From positions 64,001 through 128,000 of the forward strand of contig CAWJZV010000011.1 of assembly GCA_963847445.1 (NCBI GenBank): a DNA stretch of 64,000 nt, written 5' to 3'. The DNA comes from an uncultured delta proteobacterium (GTDB lineage Bacteria > Desulfobacterota > Binatia > UBA9968). Every line of letters begins with the position of its first letter. Positions within the stretch are counted from its first letter, which is position 1. Under the pieces are notes generated by a model. It saw only the letters and a list, made by a program, of their open reading frames with translations, was not told where the DNA came from and made no database searches. Made by a program: the position numbers and the translations under genes. Below, in pieces: positions 43,767-55,797 of this stretch.

Positions 43767-44543
43767 ATGAAGATGAAGCTCAAGGATCAAGTGGCATTAA
43801 TTACCGGCGCGGGCAGAAACATCGGCAAGTCGATGGCGAAACTGTTCGCGGCCGAAGGCGCGAAGATCGTCGTCGCCGAGATGCATGAGGGGCGCGGCCA
43901 AGCGGTGGTCGACGAGATCACCCAATCCGGCGGCCAAGCGGCGCTCGTGTTGGGCGATGTTTCCAAGTCGGCGGACGTGCGGCGCTTGGTGAAAGAAGCG
44001 GTGGGTAAGTTCGGCGGCATCGATATTCTCGTCAACAACGCGGCGCTTACCGATCACGCCAATATTTTCGACAGCACCGAAGAAGAGTTCGACAAGGTCA
44101 TCGCCGTCAGTTTGAAAGGTCCGTATCTGGTGACGAAGTATGTCGCCATGGAGATGAAGAACCAAGGTCGCGGCGGCAAAATTTTGAATTTTGGCTCGAC
44201 ATCAGGCTTGGTCGGCCGCTTCGACGGCATCGCCTACGCGGCGGCCAAAGCCGGCGTGATCAACATGACCCGCGCCATGGCGGTGCAGCTGGCGGAGTAC
44301 GGCATTCGCGTCAATTGCGTTGTGCCCAACCGCTCCGGTTCGCCGGTGGGTTACGACGACGACGTGGCCGGTAGCCGGACGTTTCAAAATCTCGCCGGCC
44401 GTCTCGGCACGGCTGACGATCAGGCCAAGGCCGCATTGTTTCTGGTCAGCGACGATTCCAGTTTTATCATCGGCCATCCGTTGATCGTCGACGGCGGCGT
44501 CATGGCGACGGCGAATTTCCCGCGGGAGCAGTTTCAGAAATAA
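43767..44543 (+). CDS. SDR family oxidoreductase
   Basis: TGAGRNIG, VNNA, YAAAK motifs. Confidence 0.93.
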   Translation: MKMKLKDQVALITGAGRNIGKSMAKLFAAEGAKIVVAEMHEGRGQAVVDEITQSGGQAALVLGDVSKSADVRRLVKEAVGKFGGIDILVNNAALTDHANIFDSTEEEFDKVIAVSLKGPYLVTKYVAMEMKNQGRGGKILNFGSTSGLVGRFDGIAYAAAKAGVINMTRAMAVQLAEYGIRVNCVVPNRSGSPVGYDDDVAGSRTFQNLAGRLGTADDQAKAALFLVSDDSSFIIGHPLIVDGGVMATANFPREQFQK

Positions 44544-44552
44544 AGTTAGCCG

Positions 44553-44780
44553 TTGCAAACGTTGAGGCTCAGACTGGTGCTTCAATCGATCGTCGCGCTG
44601 TCCGTAGTCGCCTGCGGTGCGTGTTCAAATGCGGCGACGCCGGTGCGCAAGGCGGTGATCGGCCATGCGACGTTGACCAACAAGCTGGGTCACGACGTTG
44701 TGGCCGGGCCGAACATCAAGACCGCAAAGGATTTGCGCGGATTATCATCGTTGGATAACGAGCTTGGTGACGATGCATAG
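44553..44780 (+). pseudogene. Remnant of an NMT1/SsuA-like ABC substrate-binding protein
   Basis: Signal-like N-terminus followed by VVAGPNIKTAKDLRG, with the intervening and downstream parts missing. Confidence 0.4.
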
Positions 44781-44790
44781 CCTGCCATTT

Positions 44791-44899
44791 TGTCATTCCC
44801 GCGCACGCGGGAATGATGGATTATCGTCACTCCGGTGAAAACCGGGGTCCATCCCCACGCCTTAACCTGGATGCCGGCTTCCACCGGCATGACGGAGCC
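44791..44899. repeat. REP-like palindrome cluster
   Basis: gtcattcccgcgcacgcgggaat, cgtcactccggtgaaaaccggggtcca, ctggatgccggcttccaccggcatgacggagcc; same family as 4188-4302. Confidence 0.8.
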
Positions 44900-44949
44900 T
44901 AGTTCAACGCGCGACGAGAGAAATCGTCGATTGTCGCGAGACTGTACTC

Positions 44950-46204
44950 TCAGCGATAGAGCGGCAACGCTGCGACACGCCGCTCGATTTGCCGCCATCA
45001 TCTTTTTGTATTCGACTCCATTGACGCCGCCGAAGCGGCGCTTGAACTCCGCCTCCGGCATCAATTCCGGCAGATCGGCAGTGGCGGGCATGATGTCTTT
45101 TTCAGCTATTCCGCCGGATAACCGTTGCTGAAATTTCTTCGCGCTGGTGATTCCGGCGGCAAGCTCTCCAAAGCGCGTGCCGGCACGGTCGGCGGCGATG
45201 TCGCTAAAGGAAAAGCCGCTGCCAGCGCGTGAGTCGGCGATTTCTTTATAAAGCCCCACGGCGTCTGCGAGCGGGCTGCCGGCACTGGCGGCGAGCGCGG
45301 CGGAGACGATAAAGTGTTTGGCGAAGTCGTCACGGCCGTTGAGCGTAACGATCTGCTCGGTCGGCTGCGGCCAACTCTTGGCCGCCGGTAATAACCGGCC
45401 GAGCGATTTGCCGTTGACATAGAAAGCCAGGACGACAAGGGCGGCGCGATTCTCGCCCGCAGCGCTCAATTGTTGTGAGCGAAATGTGGCGAGTTCAAAC
45501 AGGGCGACTGAGAGTTCGGCCAGAGGGACATTTCGTGTTTTGGGCGAACTGTTGATTAACGCCAAACGTTCTTGATAGATACGCAGCCGTTCTTGATCCT
45601 CTGGTGAAATGACCGCCGCGGTGAGTTGGCCGGTTGACGAAGCTGGCCATTCGTAGCCAACCACGATTTGGCCATTTCTGATCTCTACTCGCTTGATGGC
45701 AGCATTGATCATGTCGTAGGCGTCTTTTCCGATCAGCTGTGCGCCGATCAGCTTGATTAACCAATTGCCAACGAACCCCGGCAGTGGCAGCTGGCCGATG
45801 CGTAGTTCCTCGAATTGTAGCGCTGACCTGCCGCCGGAAAGGATCGCGCCGATATTGAAATAAAAAATAACCGGTGCCTTCGGCGGCCGCAGGCTGGCGG
45901 TCAAATCGATTCTGCCGTCGCTCACGGTGAGCCGAGCGCCGCCGTTGGCGTAAAAGTATGCGAGGTAATTGGCGGCTAGATCGAGATCTCGCTGGTTTAG
46001 CGTGAGTGATTGGCGAGTCCGGTATGCCGGTTCACGCGGGTCGTTTTGCGCCAGGATCTGCCGCGCGCTGTGAATATTGCCCGGGGTGATTTCGGCGGCA
46101 CGCCTGACGGTCGGGTGGCGGTCGATTGCCATATAAATGGCCGCGACCAGTACAAGCGGCAGCAGGTACGAAAGTATAGTGAGGATTCTGCTTAATAAGC
46201 GCAT
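44950..46204 (-). CDS. Conserved hypothetical protein; C-terminal frameshift near 44990
   Basis: N-terminal TM; DFAKHFIVSAAL...KEIADS..GSGFSFSDIAADRAG; shifted frame ends IERRVAALPLYR-stop at 44950. Confidence 0.65.
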
Positions 46205-46479
46205 GACATGATGCCCGGAAATTTTACGTCATGCTTCGACAAAAGCCAACTGTTTTAATGTTATTGCGCAGGCAACGAAGAAAATTCTAGCACGCTAAGC
46301 CAGCTGGGTTTTCAGCCAGCTAACCATGGTCGGAAAAGTCTGCGCTTGGCCCATGTGGCCGCTGGGGAAGGCTCTGGCTGACTTGGGGTTGCCGGACTCC
46401 AGCAAGATATAAAGATCGGCGATGGGGTTTGCAGGTCGTCTTTGCCGTTGAGGGCGGCAAAATTATCGACGGCGATCAG

Positions 46480-46700
46480 ACCGCGGCGGGCGATTACGAC
46501 GGAGGCGGTCCTGAGCTTTCTCAGCCTCGGCGTCGATCCGACGGTGCCCATCTGGGGCGGCAAGTTGCGCGCGGGCAGCCCTGACTTGCAGCTCCATCCG
46601 CATCTGCTGCTGTTTCCCGGACTACTCATCCTGGTGATGTTGGCAGTGCGGGGATTTAATGCTATGGGAGATGCAATTCGCGAGATTTTGGACCCCGTGC
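46480..46700 (+). pseudogene. C-terminal remnant of an OppC/DppC permease
   Basis: AITTEAVLSFLSLGV...WG...FPGL...FNAMGDAIREILDP without the N-terminal part. Confidence 0.7.
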
Positions 46701-46762
46701 ATGTTGAATCGGCTGCGCGGAGGCCGTACAACGTGAGTTAATCCAGACGCGACTTTGTCACC

Positions 46763-47764
46763 ATGGCGGATCTACTCCAGGTCAAAAACCTCCAGACTTC
46801 TTTCTTCACACCGGAAGGCGAAGTACGCGCCATCGACGGCATTAGCTTCGAGATCGACGAGGGCAAGACCCTCGGGCTGGTCGGCGAGTCCGGCTGCGGC
46901 AAGAGCGTCACTTCGTTGTCGATCATGCGGTTGATCCCGTCGCCGCCGGGGAAAATTGTCGGCGGCGAGATCGTCTACCGCGGCAAAGATCTGCTCAAGC
47001 TCGGTAATGAGGAGATGCGCAAGATTCGCGGCAACGAGATCTCGATGATCTTCCAGGAGCCGATGACCTCGCTCAATCCGGTTTTTACCGTCGGCAATCA
47101 GATCGGCGAAGCGATCAAGCTGCACCAAGGGCTGAACAAGCAGGCGACTCGAGCGAAAACCATCGAAATGCTCCGGCTGGTGAAGATCGCCGATCCTGAA
47201 TCCCGCGTCGATGCCTATCCGCATCAGTTGAGCGGCGGCATGCGCCAGCGGGTGATGATCGCCATGGCGCTGTCGTGCAATCCTTCGCTCTTGATCGCCG
47301 ATGAGCCGACCACCGCCCTCGATGTGACGATTCAAGCGCAGATCCTCGATCTGATGAAAGAGTTGCAGCAGAAGATCGGCATGGCTCTGTTGTTGATCAC
47401 CCATGACCTCGGCGTGGTCGCCGAGCAGGCCGACGATGTCGCGATCATGTACGCCGGCAAGATGGTCGAGCGCTCGAACACGCGGGAGATTTTCACCAAG
47501 CCGTTTCATCCTTATACGGTGGGCCTGCTCAACTCCTTGCCGCGCACCGGCGGCGCGAAAAGGCATCGCTTGGACGCGATCCCCGGTGTGGTGCCCAACC
47601 CGCTCCATTTGCCGAGCGGTTGCCGCTTCCGCGATCGCTGCCCGAAGGCCGCCGATCTCTGCGCCCAGACCGAACCCGAGTTGGTGGAGCAAGAGCCGGG
47701 GCATACGGTGGCTTGTCATTTTCCGCATTCCGAGACGAGGTCGGGGGTTAATGCGGAAGTTTAA
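46763..47764 (+). CDS. Peptide ABC transporter ATP-binding protein (OppD/DppD-like)
   Basis: [27 protein letters not shown]-terminal Cys motif. Confidence 0.95.
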   Translation: MADLLQVKNLQTSFFTPEGEVRAIDGISFEIDEGKTLGLVGESGCGKSVTSLSIMRLIPSPPGKIVGGEIVYRGKDLLKLGNEEMRKIRGNEISMIFQEPMTSLNPVFTVGNQIGEAIKLHQGLNKQATRAKTIEMLRLVKIADPESRVDAYPHQLSGGMRQRVMIAMALSCNPSLLIADEPTTALDVTIQAQILDLMKELQQKIGMALLLITHDLGVVAEQADDVAIMYAGKMVERSNTREIFTKPFHPYTVGLLNSLPRTGGAKRHRLDAIPGVVPNPLHLPSGCRFRDRCPKAADLCAQTEPELVEQEPGHTVACHFPHSETRSGVNAEV

Positions 47765-47825
47765 TCGAAGATGGAAGATGGAAGATGGAAGATGGAAGAT
47801 CGCGATCCTTGATCCTCTATCCTCG
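47765..47825. repeat. Inverted heptamer tandem array hairpin (TGGAAGA / TCCTYKA)
   Basis: tcgaaga (tggaaga)x4 tcgcga tccttga tcctcta tcctcg, starting at the base right after the oppD stop. Confidence 0.85.
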
Positions 47826-47842
47826 CCATGGGATTTTTGCCG

Positions 47843-48820
47843 ATGAGCTTGCTAGAAATCCGCAACTTAAAAAAACACTTCCCGGTCGGCGAAGGACTGT
47901 TCTCGCGCGGCAAGGGCGCCGTCAAGGCGGTCGACGGCGTCAATTTGTCGATCGAAGAGGGCGAGACGCTCGGCTTGGTCGGCGAGTCGGGTTGCGGCAA
48001 ATCGACCCTCGGGCGGACGATCCTGCGCTTGATCGAGCCGACCTCCGGCGAGATCAATTTTCTCGGCAAGAATTTACTGTCGATGTCGCAGCGCGAGCTG
48101 CGCGACACCCGGCGCGAGATGCAAATTATCTTTCAAGATCCCTACGCCTCGCTCAACCCGCGCATGCGCGTCGGCGACATCGTCGGCGAGGGGTTGGAGA
48201 TTCACAAACTCGCCAAGGGCAAAGCCAAGCGCGAGCGGGTGATGGAGTTGCTCCACCAGGTCGGTCTGCGCGAGGATCACTTCGATCGCTATCCCCATGA
48301 GTTCAGCGGCGGCCAGCGCCAGCGCATCGGCATCGCCCGCGCCTTGGCGGTCAGTCCCAAATTTATCGTCTGCGATGAGCCGGTGTCGTCTCTCGATGTG
48401 TCGATCCAGGCGCAGATCATCAATCTGTTGCAGGAATTGCAAGAGAAGATGCATTTGACTTATCTGTTCATCTCCCACGATCTGCGCGTCGTCGAACATA
48501 TCAGCCATCGAGTAGCCATCATGTATCTCGGCAAGGTCGTCGAGATCGCCAAGAGCGACACGATTTACCGTGACGCCAAGCATCCTTACACCCGGGCGCT
48601 GCTCTCCGCCGTGCCGATCCCCGACATGAGCAAGAAAAAAGAGCGCGTGGTGCTCGAAGGCGATGTGCCGAGCCCGGTCAATCCACCGCCCGGCTGCACC
48701 TTCCATCCGCGCTGCGCCTACCGCGAAGCCGCCTGCAGCCAGATCGAGCCGCCGCTGGAATTCAGCGCCGACGGCCATGGCGTATCCTGCCATGTGTTTG
48801 GGCCGGGCGCGCGGCGCTGA
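47843..48820 (+). CDS. Peptide ABC transporter ATP-binding protein (OppF/DppF-like)
   Basis: [25 protein letters not shown] motifs. Confidence 0.95.
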   Translation: MSLLEIRNLKKHFPVGEGLFSRGKGAVKAVDGVNLSIEEGETLGLVGESGCGKSTLGRTILRLIEPTSGEINFLGKNLLSMSQRELRDTRREMQIIFQDPYASLNPRMRVGDIVGEGLEIHKLAKGKAKRERVMELLHQVGLREDHFDRYPHEFSGGQRQRIGIARALAVSPKFIVCDEPVSSLDVSIQAQIINLLQELQEKMHLTYLFISHDLRVVEHISHRVAIMYLGKVVEIAKSDTIYRDAKHPYTRALLSAVPIPDMSKKKERVVLEGDVPSPVNPPPGCTFHPRCAYREAACSQIEPPLEFSADGHGVSCHVFGPGARR

Positions 48821-48983
48821 GTCATTTCACGGCAATTTCGTGTTCGAAATAAGTTTCGCTTGCCGACATTTTTTTTACCTCAGCCGGGGAACCGACAGCC
48901 GATGCAGGGGTGCTTTGATCGCTCCTGTCGCCGGGTTCTAGCAGTGGCGCGTAGGTGCAAAGATTGCTGGAGGGTCTAACGCT

Positions 48984-51900
48984 ATGGCGCTCTCAAGTTT
49001 GCGTGATCTCAGAAAGTGGCCTGCACTGACAGGAGTCTTTCTCCTCTCGGCAATAGCTTTTTTTGCCACTCCGGTGCCGACCGGCGCGGCCACGCCGGAA
49101 CCTGATGCCGCGACCACGAGGTTGTCTGAAACCAAGAGGGCCCAACGACTGGTGGCCGATCTGCCGCTTTATTTTATCGAGAATCGAGGCCAGCTCGATC
49201 GGCGGGCGGCGTACTACGTTCACGGACGCGACAAAGTCATTTATTTCACGGCCGGCGGTTTGACCGTAGTTCTGCACGGTCAGCGGCAGCAAGCCGCCGG
49301 ATCACAAGCTGCCGCGGTTGTCAGTGCGAGCGGTAATATTGCTCCCGTCGCCGCGGCGCGTTGGGCGCTGCAGATCGATTTTGTCGATGCCGATCCCGCC
49401 GTCCGGCCCAGCGGCGAAAATCCTTCGACGGCGCTGATCAGTTATTTCAAGGGCCGTCCGGAGGAATGGCAGCCGGCTGTGAAAACCTTTACGCGGTTGG
49501 TTTACTCCGATTTGTGGCCCGGCATCGATCTGGTTTTCACCGGCGGCGCCAACCAGCTGAAATATCTCTTCGTCGTGAAGCCCGGGGCGGATCCCTCAGC
49601 CATCAAATTGCGCTACCGAGGCGCCGATTCCGTCGGAATAAATCGCAACGGTCAATTGGAAGTGCGCACGCCTTTGGGCGATCTCAAAGATGACAAGCCT
49701 ACCGCCTACCAGGAACGGAGTTCGGAACTTGCCGATGTAGCCGTCGCGTACGATTTGCAATCGAGCGCGGCTGGCGAATCGCACCAGTATGGTTTTAAGC
49801 TCGCCGCCTATGATCGCTCGATTCCCTTAATCATCGATCCGGCGGTGTTTGTCTATGCAGGATTTATCGGCGGCAGCGGGGACGATCGCGGCAACGCGAT
49901 TGCCGTGGACAGTGAGGGCAATGCTTACATCACTGGCGAAACCAATTCGCTCGAAACGACATTTCCCGAGGTCGTGGGTCCTGACCGAACTTTCAACGGG
50001 ACGGTCGACGCATTTGTCGCTAAGGTGAACGCCGCCGGGACGGCCTTGATCTACGCGGGATTTTTCGGCGGCACAGGTAACGACCGGGGCAAAGCCATCG
50101 CCGTGGATAGCGCGGGTAATGCCTACATCACCGGCGATACAACCTCCACCCAGAGCAGTTTCCCCGTGACCGTCGGCCCTGATCTAACACAGAATGGCGG
50201 GACGGATGCGTTCGTCGCCAAGGTGAATGGCTCCGGCACCGCGTTGTCCTACGCCGGCTTTATCGGTGGTAGCGGCAGCGATCAGGGCAACGCCATCGCG
50301 GTGGATAGTTCGAACCGGGCTTATGTCGCCGGGGCGACAAACTCCCTGGGCACCTCGTTCCCGGACGGGGACGGTTTTGGCGCGCTGGCGTCCTTCGATA
50401 GTACCGAAAGCGGCATACTCGATGGCTTTGTTGTCAGGGTGACGGCTAATGGTACAGCATTGGAATACGCCGGTTACATCGGTGGATCCGGCATCGATCA
50501 AGTCTTGGGAATCGCTGTGGATGGCGCGGCAGCGGCCTATGTCACCGGCGATACCAATTCCAGCGCAGCGTCGTTTCCGGTCACCGGCGCTCTCGACGCC
50601 GTGCACAACGGTGGCGTCGATGCGTTTGTGGCAAAAGTTAATCCGACGGGTACGGCGTTAATTTACGCAGGCTTTCTTGGCGGTGTCGGCGATGATCAGG
50701 GTAAAGGTATCGCCATCCTGCCAGGGTGTGCGCTCAACTGCGAGGCTTATGTTGCCGGCGAAACCAATTCGACCGAAGCTTCGTTTCCCGTGACCGTCGG
50801 TCCGGATTTAACTCATAATGGCGGCATTGATGGCTTTGTCGCGAAGGTAAACGCCTCTGGCGCGTCGCTCGTTTACGCGGGTTACGTCGGTGGCAACAGC
50901 ACCGATCGGGCAAACGGTATCGCGGTTGACTCAAGCGGCATCGCTCATCTCGTCGGTGAGACCGATTCCACCCAAGTAACGTTTCCCAATGGCAACGGTT
51001 TTGGTTTGCTTACGTCCAGTGACAATACCCACAACGGCGCAATCGATGGCTATGTCGTCGGCGTGAACGCAGCTGGTACGGCTTTACTCTATGCGAGTTA
51101 CATCGGCGGCACTGGTATCGATCGCGGCAAAGGCATCGCCGGTGATGACGCCGGCGATATTTATGTGACCGGGGAAAGCGAGGCGAATTCCGTGTCTTTT
51201 CCCATCGGTGGCGGTACAGGTCCGCTGGCGACCATTGATAATAGTCGCAACGGCGGAGTCGATGCTTTCGCGATAAAAATCTGCGTGACGGTTTGCCACG
51301 ATCTCCAGCTCACCCAAGTAGACTCCCCCGACCCAGTCCGAGTCGGCGATAATCTGACGTATACGGTAACAGTCACCAACAACGGGCCGGATGCCGCGGC
51401 CAATGTGGTGTTGACCGACCTATTACCGGCAACCGTGACGTTGGTTTCCGCGACTCCCAGCAGTGGGGCCTGTAGCGGCACGACTACGGTTACTTGTGCT
51501 CTGGGCAACCTGGCGGACGGAGCCAGCGGGACGGTAGTCGTCGTGGTTACGACTACGGCCAAGGGAACGTTAAGCAATGTCGTTACTGCGGATGCCGACG
51601 ACACTGAGACTAACACTAGGAATAACCGGGACGAGGAGTTGACGGTTGCGACCTTTGCTAATCTGACGGTGCGCTCTTTGGCCGCGCCGGCGGCGGTATT
51701 ACCGGGTGCGACAATTAATATAGACGACACCACTCAGAACTCCGGCGCGGTTGACGCCACCAGTGCTACGGTCACGCGGTTTTTACTCTCCAGCGATGCT
51801 CGAAAGGATGCTGGCGATATCATTCTCAACACCAGGGCGGTGCCGGCGTTAGCGAAGAAACAGAGCAGCACGGCGACAACCGCAGTCACGATACCTGGCG

Positions 51901-52356
51901 GCACGGCGCTGGGCCGGTATTTTATCATCGCGGTGGCCGACGATGACGCGGCGATCGTCGAAACCAACGAGCGCAACCAAAGAAGCCGCAGGATAACCGT
52001 GACCCGGCCCGATCTCAGAGTTTCCTCGTTGCGCACTCCCGCGTCGGTAGTCGCGGGAGCAAACCTGACGATTCAAGATACCACTCGAAACGACGACCTG
52101 GTCGATGGTGGCGCCAGCACCACGAAGTTTTATCTATCGACGGACAACGTTATTTGACGGCGGCGATGTCCTGCTCGGTGGCCGCGCGGTGCCGGGGCTT
52201 GGAGCGCGTGCCACAAGCGCGGTATCAACCACCGTGACGATTCCGGCGATCGCGCCGGGCCGCTACTTCGTGCTTGCTGTGGCCGACGGCGATGCCAATG
52301 TCGTCGAATCCGACGAAGGCAATAACGCTCGCAGCCGTGCGCTTACGGTGAAATAG
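48984..52356 (+). CDS. Secreted SBBP beta-propeller protein with DUF11 and CARDB-like Ig domains; frameshift near 52150
   Basis: FIENRGQ N-domain, LIIDP, about 7 repeats of GGSGxD.G.AIAVD..GNAYITG.T.S, DSPDPV..GDNLTYTVTVTNNGP, ESDEGNN. Confidence 0.85.
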
Positions 52357-52373
52357 CGGTCTGCTGTGGTCGG

Positions 52374-52401
52374 TTGATTTAGCCGTCGTCGATGGTAAAA
52401 T
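52374..52401 (+). promoter_or_regulatory. Putative sigma70 promoter of greA
   Basis: TTGATT-16 nt-TAAAAT with extended -10 TG. Confidence 0.5.
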
Positions 52402-52445
52402 AATCTACAGGTTTAGCAGCTGGGGAAAATCTAAGATTTTATTCA

Positions 52446-52482
52446 AGGCCTCTCGGGAGAGATTCCGAGGGGTTTTTATTTT
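52446..52482 (+). terminator. Terminator-like hairpin in the greA leader
   Basis: cctctcgggagagattccgagggg followed by tttttatttt, just before the RBS. Confidence 0.6.
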
Positions 52483-52499
52483 GTCTAGGAGTTGACGGT

Positions 52500-52982
52500 A
52501 TGGCAGATGCAAGCGTCCCGATGACCAGCAAGGGGTTCCAGTTTTTGATGGAGGAGCTCAAGCGCTTGAAGAGCGTCGAGCGGCCGAAGAACATCCGTGA
52601 CATCGAAGAGGCGCGCGATCACGGCGATCTTTCGGAAAACGCCGAGTTTCACGCCGCCAAGGAGCGCCAGTCCTTGCTCGACTTCCAGATCCGCGAGATG
52701 GAAGACAAGATCGCCCGCGCTCAGGTCATCGATGTTTCCAAACTGTCCGGCGATAAAGTTCTCTTCGGCGCGACGGTCAGTTTGGCGGATGGTGCTACCG
52801 GGGACAAGGTGGTATACAAAATCGTCGGCGATCATGAGGCGGAGCCGAAGAACGGTAAAATCTCGGTCAGTTCTCCCATCGCGCGGGCGTTGATCGGCAA
52901 GAGCGAGGGGGACGAAGTTCAGGTCCGCACTCCCACGGGCGTTCGCACGTTCGATGTACTCGGCGTGGAGTTTATCGACTAG
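52500..52982 (+). CDS. greA: Transcription elongation factor GreA
   Basis: ARDHGDLSENAEFHAAKERQ, ISVSSPIARALIGK motifs. Confidence 0.96.
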   Translation: MADASVPMTSKGFQFLMEELKRLKSVERPKNIRDIEEARDHGDLSENAEFHAAKERQSLLDFQIREMEDKIARAQVIDVSKLSGDKVLFGATVSLADGATGDKVVYKIVGDHEAEPKNGKISVSSPIARALIGKSEGDEVQVRTPTGVRTFDVLGVEFID

Positions 52983-53023
52983 ATAGCTGGTGCCGGTGGG
53001 GCGGGCCTGCCTGGAAGGGAAAG

Positions 53024-55051
53024 ATGTCCTTTTCAGCCGCACAGGCTGCTCCGAATAGAATCTCATCGCGGTGTTCCGCCGCGTGGCTTTTCCTCTTTGT
53101 TTTTTTCCAAGAGCGGATTCTTCGCGGCGCATGGTCTAGCGTAGCGCCGGCAATTTTTGTCTTGCTGTTCTTAGCGCTAATGGCGGTTCCGGCCGGCGCG
53201 GAAATTGCCATCGAAGCGCGGGTCGGCTTCCACGGCGTGTTTCAACTGGGACGGCCCTTTCCGTTGGAAATCGAGCTCAGCAACTCCGGCCGCCCGGCTG
53301 AAGGCACGCTTGACGTGCAGGTCTGGAAGGGCGGCGCGACCAAGGGCGGCACGCCTTATCCAGTCAAGTACCGGCGCGAAGTGTTTCTCGCCGCGCAGTC
53401 GCGCAAGACGGTCCAATTTACCGTCGATCCGGATTTTATCAGCCGGCCGCTGACCATTTCTATTCTCCAGCGCTAGCGGCAATGCCGCGCGCGAGATCGA
53501 TCTGCGGCGCTATTTTTCGCCGGCGCCGGTGCTGTTGTTGGTCAACGATAGCGGCTCGCTGCCGCCCATCGCTCTCGGGCCGACGGCGCAGAGCCGGCTA
53601 GTCGCGCTTTCCCTGAAGCGAACTCGCCGCCGATGCGCGGGCGCTGCTCGGCGTGTCCCATGTGATTCTCTACGATCAATCGCTGCGCGATCTGTCGCGG
53701 CCGCAGTTGCTCGCCCTCGACACCTGGCTCAGCGCCGGCGGCAGGATGGTCATCATCGGCAGTCTCAATTATGCGCTCTACCAGGAGCCGGTGATCAGCC
53801 GCTTCCTGCCGGTGCAGGTCAGCGGCACCCGGCGCATCGCCTTCACACCCGCCCATGGCAAAGACGAGAAAGTCGTGACCATCGCCGATGTTTGGGCGCA
53901 GGTGTCGGCGCCGCTCAAGGGTCAAGTGCTGGCGCAGTCCCAGGGGGTGCCGGTGCTGGTCGAAGCGGCGCGCGGCCGCGGTAGGATTATCTATCTCTCA
54001 CTCGATATCGGCCGGCCGCCGTTGTCGCAGTGGCCGGGCTTGGCGAAATATTTGCAAACGTTACTGGCTGTGGGCGGTGTCGATGAGCCAGTGGCGCGGG
54101 CGGAGTGGAATGACACGATCTTTACGCAGCTGATCACCAGCCCCACGTTCATTTCGACCTATGTGCCTTATGGTTCGCTGTTTCTCGTCATCGTGGTCTA
54201 TCTCCTGGCGATCGGATTGCTCAGCTGGGTATGGCAGCGCGGCCGGCTGGCGACGATGCAGACAATCATTTCCCTGCTTTTGTTGGTGACGGGGGGTAGC
54301 GCCGTGGGCTATGTTTATTTTAGCCGCGGCGGTCATATCCCCGACGGTGTCTTGTTGTCGTCGACGGTGTTGGAGAGCGACGCCGACGGCTTCGTCGACG
54401 CCCAGGCCAATCTGGCGTTGTTTTCCACCCAGCCGCGCCAGTATAACCTGCAAATGGAGCGTGGCTGGATGGAGTTCACGCCGCTCTCGAACCGGCCGCG
54501 CGGGCCGCAGGAAGCGCCGGTGTTGAGCCAAGAGGGCGGCGGCGTGAGCCGCTTCCAAATACCGTTGCGCGAGTGGGACTACCGCTTGTTTCGCCTGCGC
54601 TATGTCGACAGCTTCCGATTGCGCGCGGAGTTCAACGTTCAAGGCGATAAGTTGACCATGAAGATCGACAACCAGAGCGGCAAGGATTTGCTCGACTGCA
54701 CGCTACTCTTGCCGGGGCAGCGCCACCCGTTGGGCGAGATCCGGCGCGGCGCGCGGTTGGATAGAGAATTTTCTCTGGCGCCGCCAGCCGGCAGTAACGG
54801 CGCGGCGGGCCGCACCGAGAGTCGTCAACTTGCGCGAAGTGAGTTTTGCCAACAAGACCCGCGACATTTTGTTTCATTCGTCGTTTTTTCCGCGCGACGG
54901 CGATAGCCGGTGGAGCAGCGGCGCGGCGGTGTTCTTCGCTTGGGTAAAAGATCCGGCGCCGCGGGTGCAGGTCAATGACCCGCGCATTCAAGTCCAGGAC
55001 TACGCGCTGTTTCGCGCCATCATCCCGCTTGCGCGCGGGGAGGAAGAATGA
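53024..55051 (+). CDS. Hypothetical membrane protein of the MoxR/VWA operon (frameshifted; start uncertain)
   Basis: Three successive ORFs; glutamine-amidotransferase-like segment (LDTWLSAGGRMVIIG, GRGRIIYL) and TM helices. Confidence 0.6.
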
Positions 55052-55797
55052 CCCGCAATCCAATCTGGCGCGAAAGCGTCGCGATTTACTTCGCCGAGGG
55101 GCATGGTTTCCAGGTCTATTTTTATCTTCTCATCATCCTCGCGCCGGTGGAGTTTTTCTCGTTGTACATTCCGTCTCTCGACGCGCAGATGTGGAGCGGC
55201 TCGGCGAGCTTGTTCAAAGTCTGCGCCGTGACGGCGCAGTTTCTGCTGATTTATTTTTCCTTGCGGGTGGCCAATCAGGAGTTCGCGCCCTGGCGCTTCA
55301 AACCGCTGCGTCTATGGATTCGCGACGAGGGACAATCGGTTGAGAGCGATCGGTCGCGGCCAACGGGACTTTCTCGTCACCCATGTGGATTATCTCGGTG
55401 CTGCTGCTTGTGCCGTTGTTAGCCTGGGCCGGCGCGATCGCGCGCACGCCGCCCGCCAGCATCGCCGGCACCATGCTGCTGCTCTTGTTCTACGCCCTCA
55501 GCTATGGCGTTTGGGGCCTGGCCGCTCTGGCACTGTGGGAGCGGCGAATGGAGAACCGCCAGGTGTTCGTTCGTTGCCTGTTCGCCGCCTTGGTCATTAT
55601 TAACCGCGTTGTTTTATGGAACGATTAATCCGGTGATGTTTCTCGTCGCCTTTCTCAGTCGCCAAGAGTTGGCGCCCTTGGCGATTTTCGGCTGGCAGTT
55701 GCCGGCGAGCTGGGTTCATTTCGGCTTTCATCTGTTCCTCGGCGGCGCCGGTTATCGGTTGCACCGTTGGGCGCTAAAAAAGGAACTGGTCGGATGA
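55048..55797 (+). CDS. Membrane protein, ABC-2 permease-like (frameshifted)
   Basis: MTRNPIWRE start, hydrophobic helices, INPV motif; overlapping start/stop coupling at both ends. Confidence 0.55.

Noticed and set aside
44690-44949. C-terminal extension of the 504-aa ORF
   Set aside because: Produced by a frameshift reading through the REP cluster; the likely true stop is at 44950.
49850-51280. Repeated DNA segments suggesting a CRISPR array or DGR repeats
   Set aside because: They are in-frame SBBP propeller repeats with synonymous divergence; no spacers, cas or RT genes.
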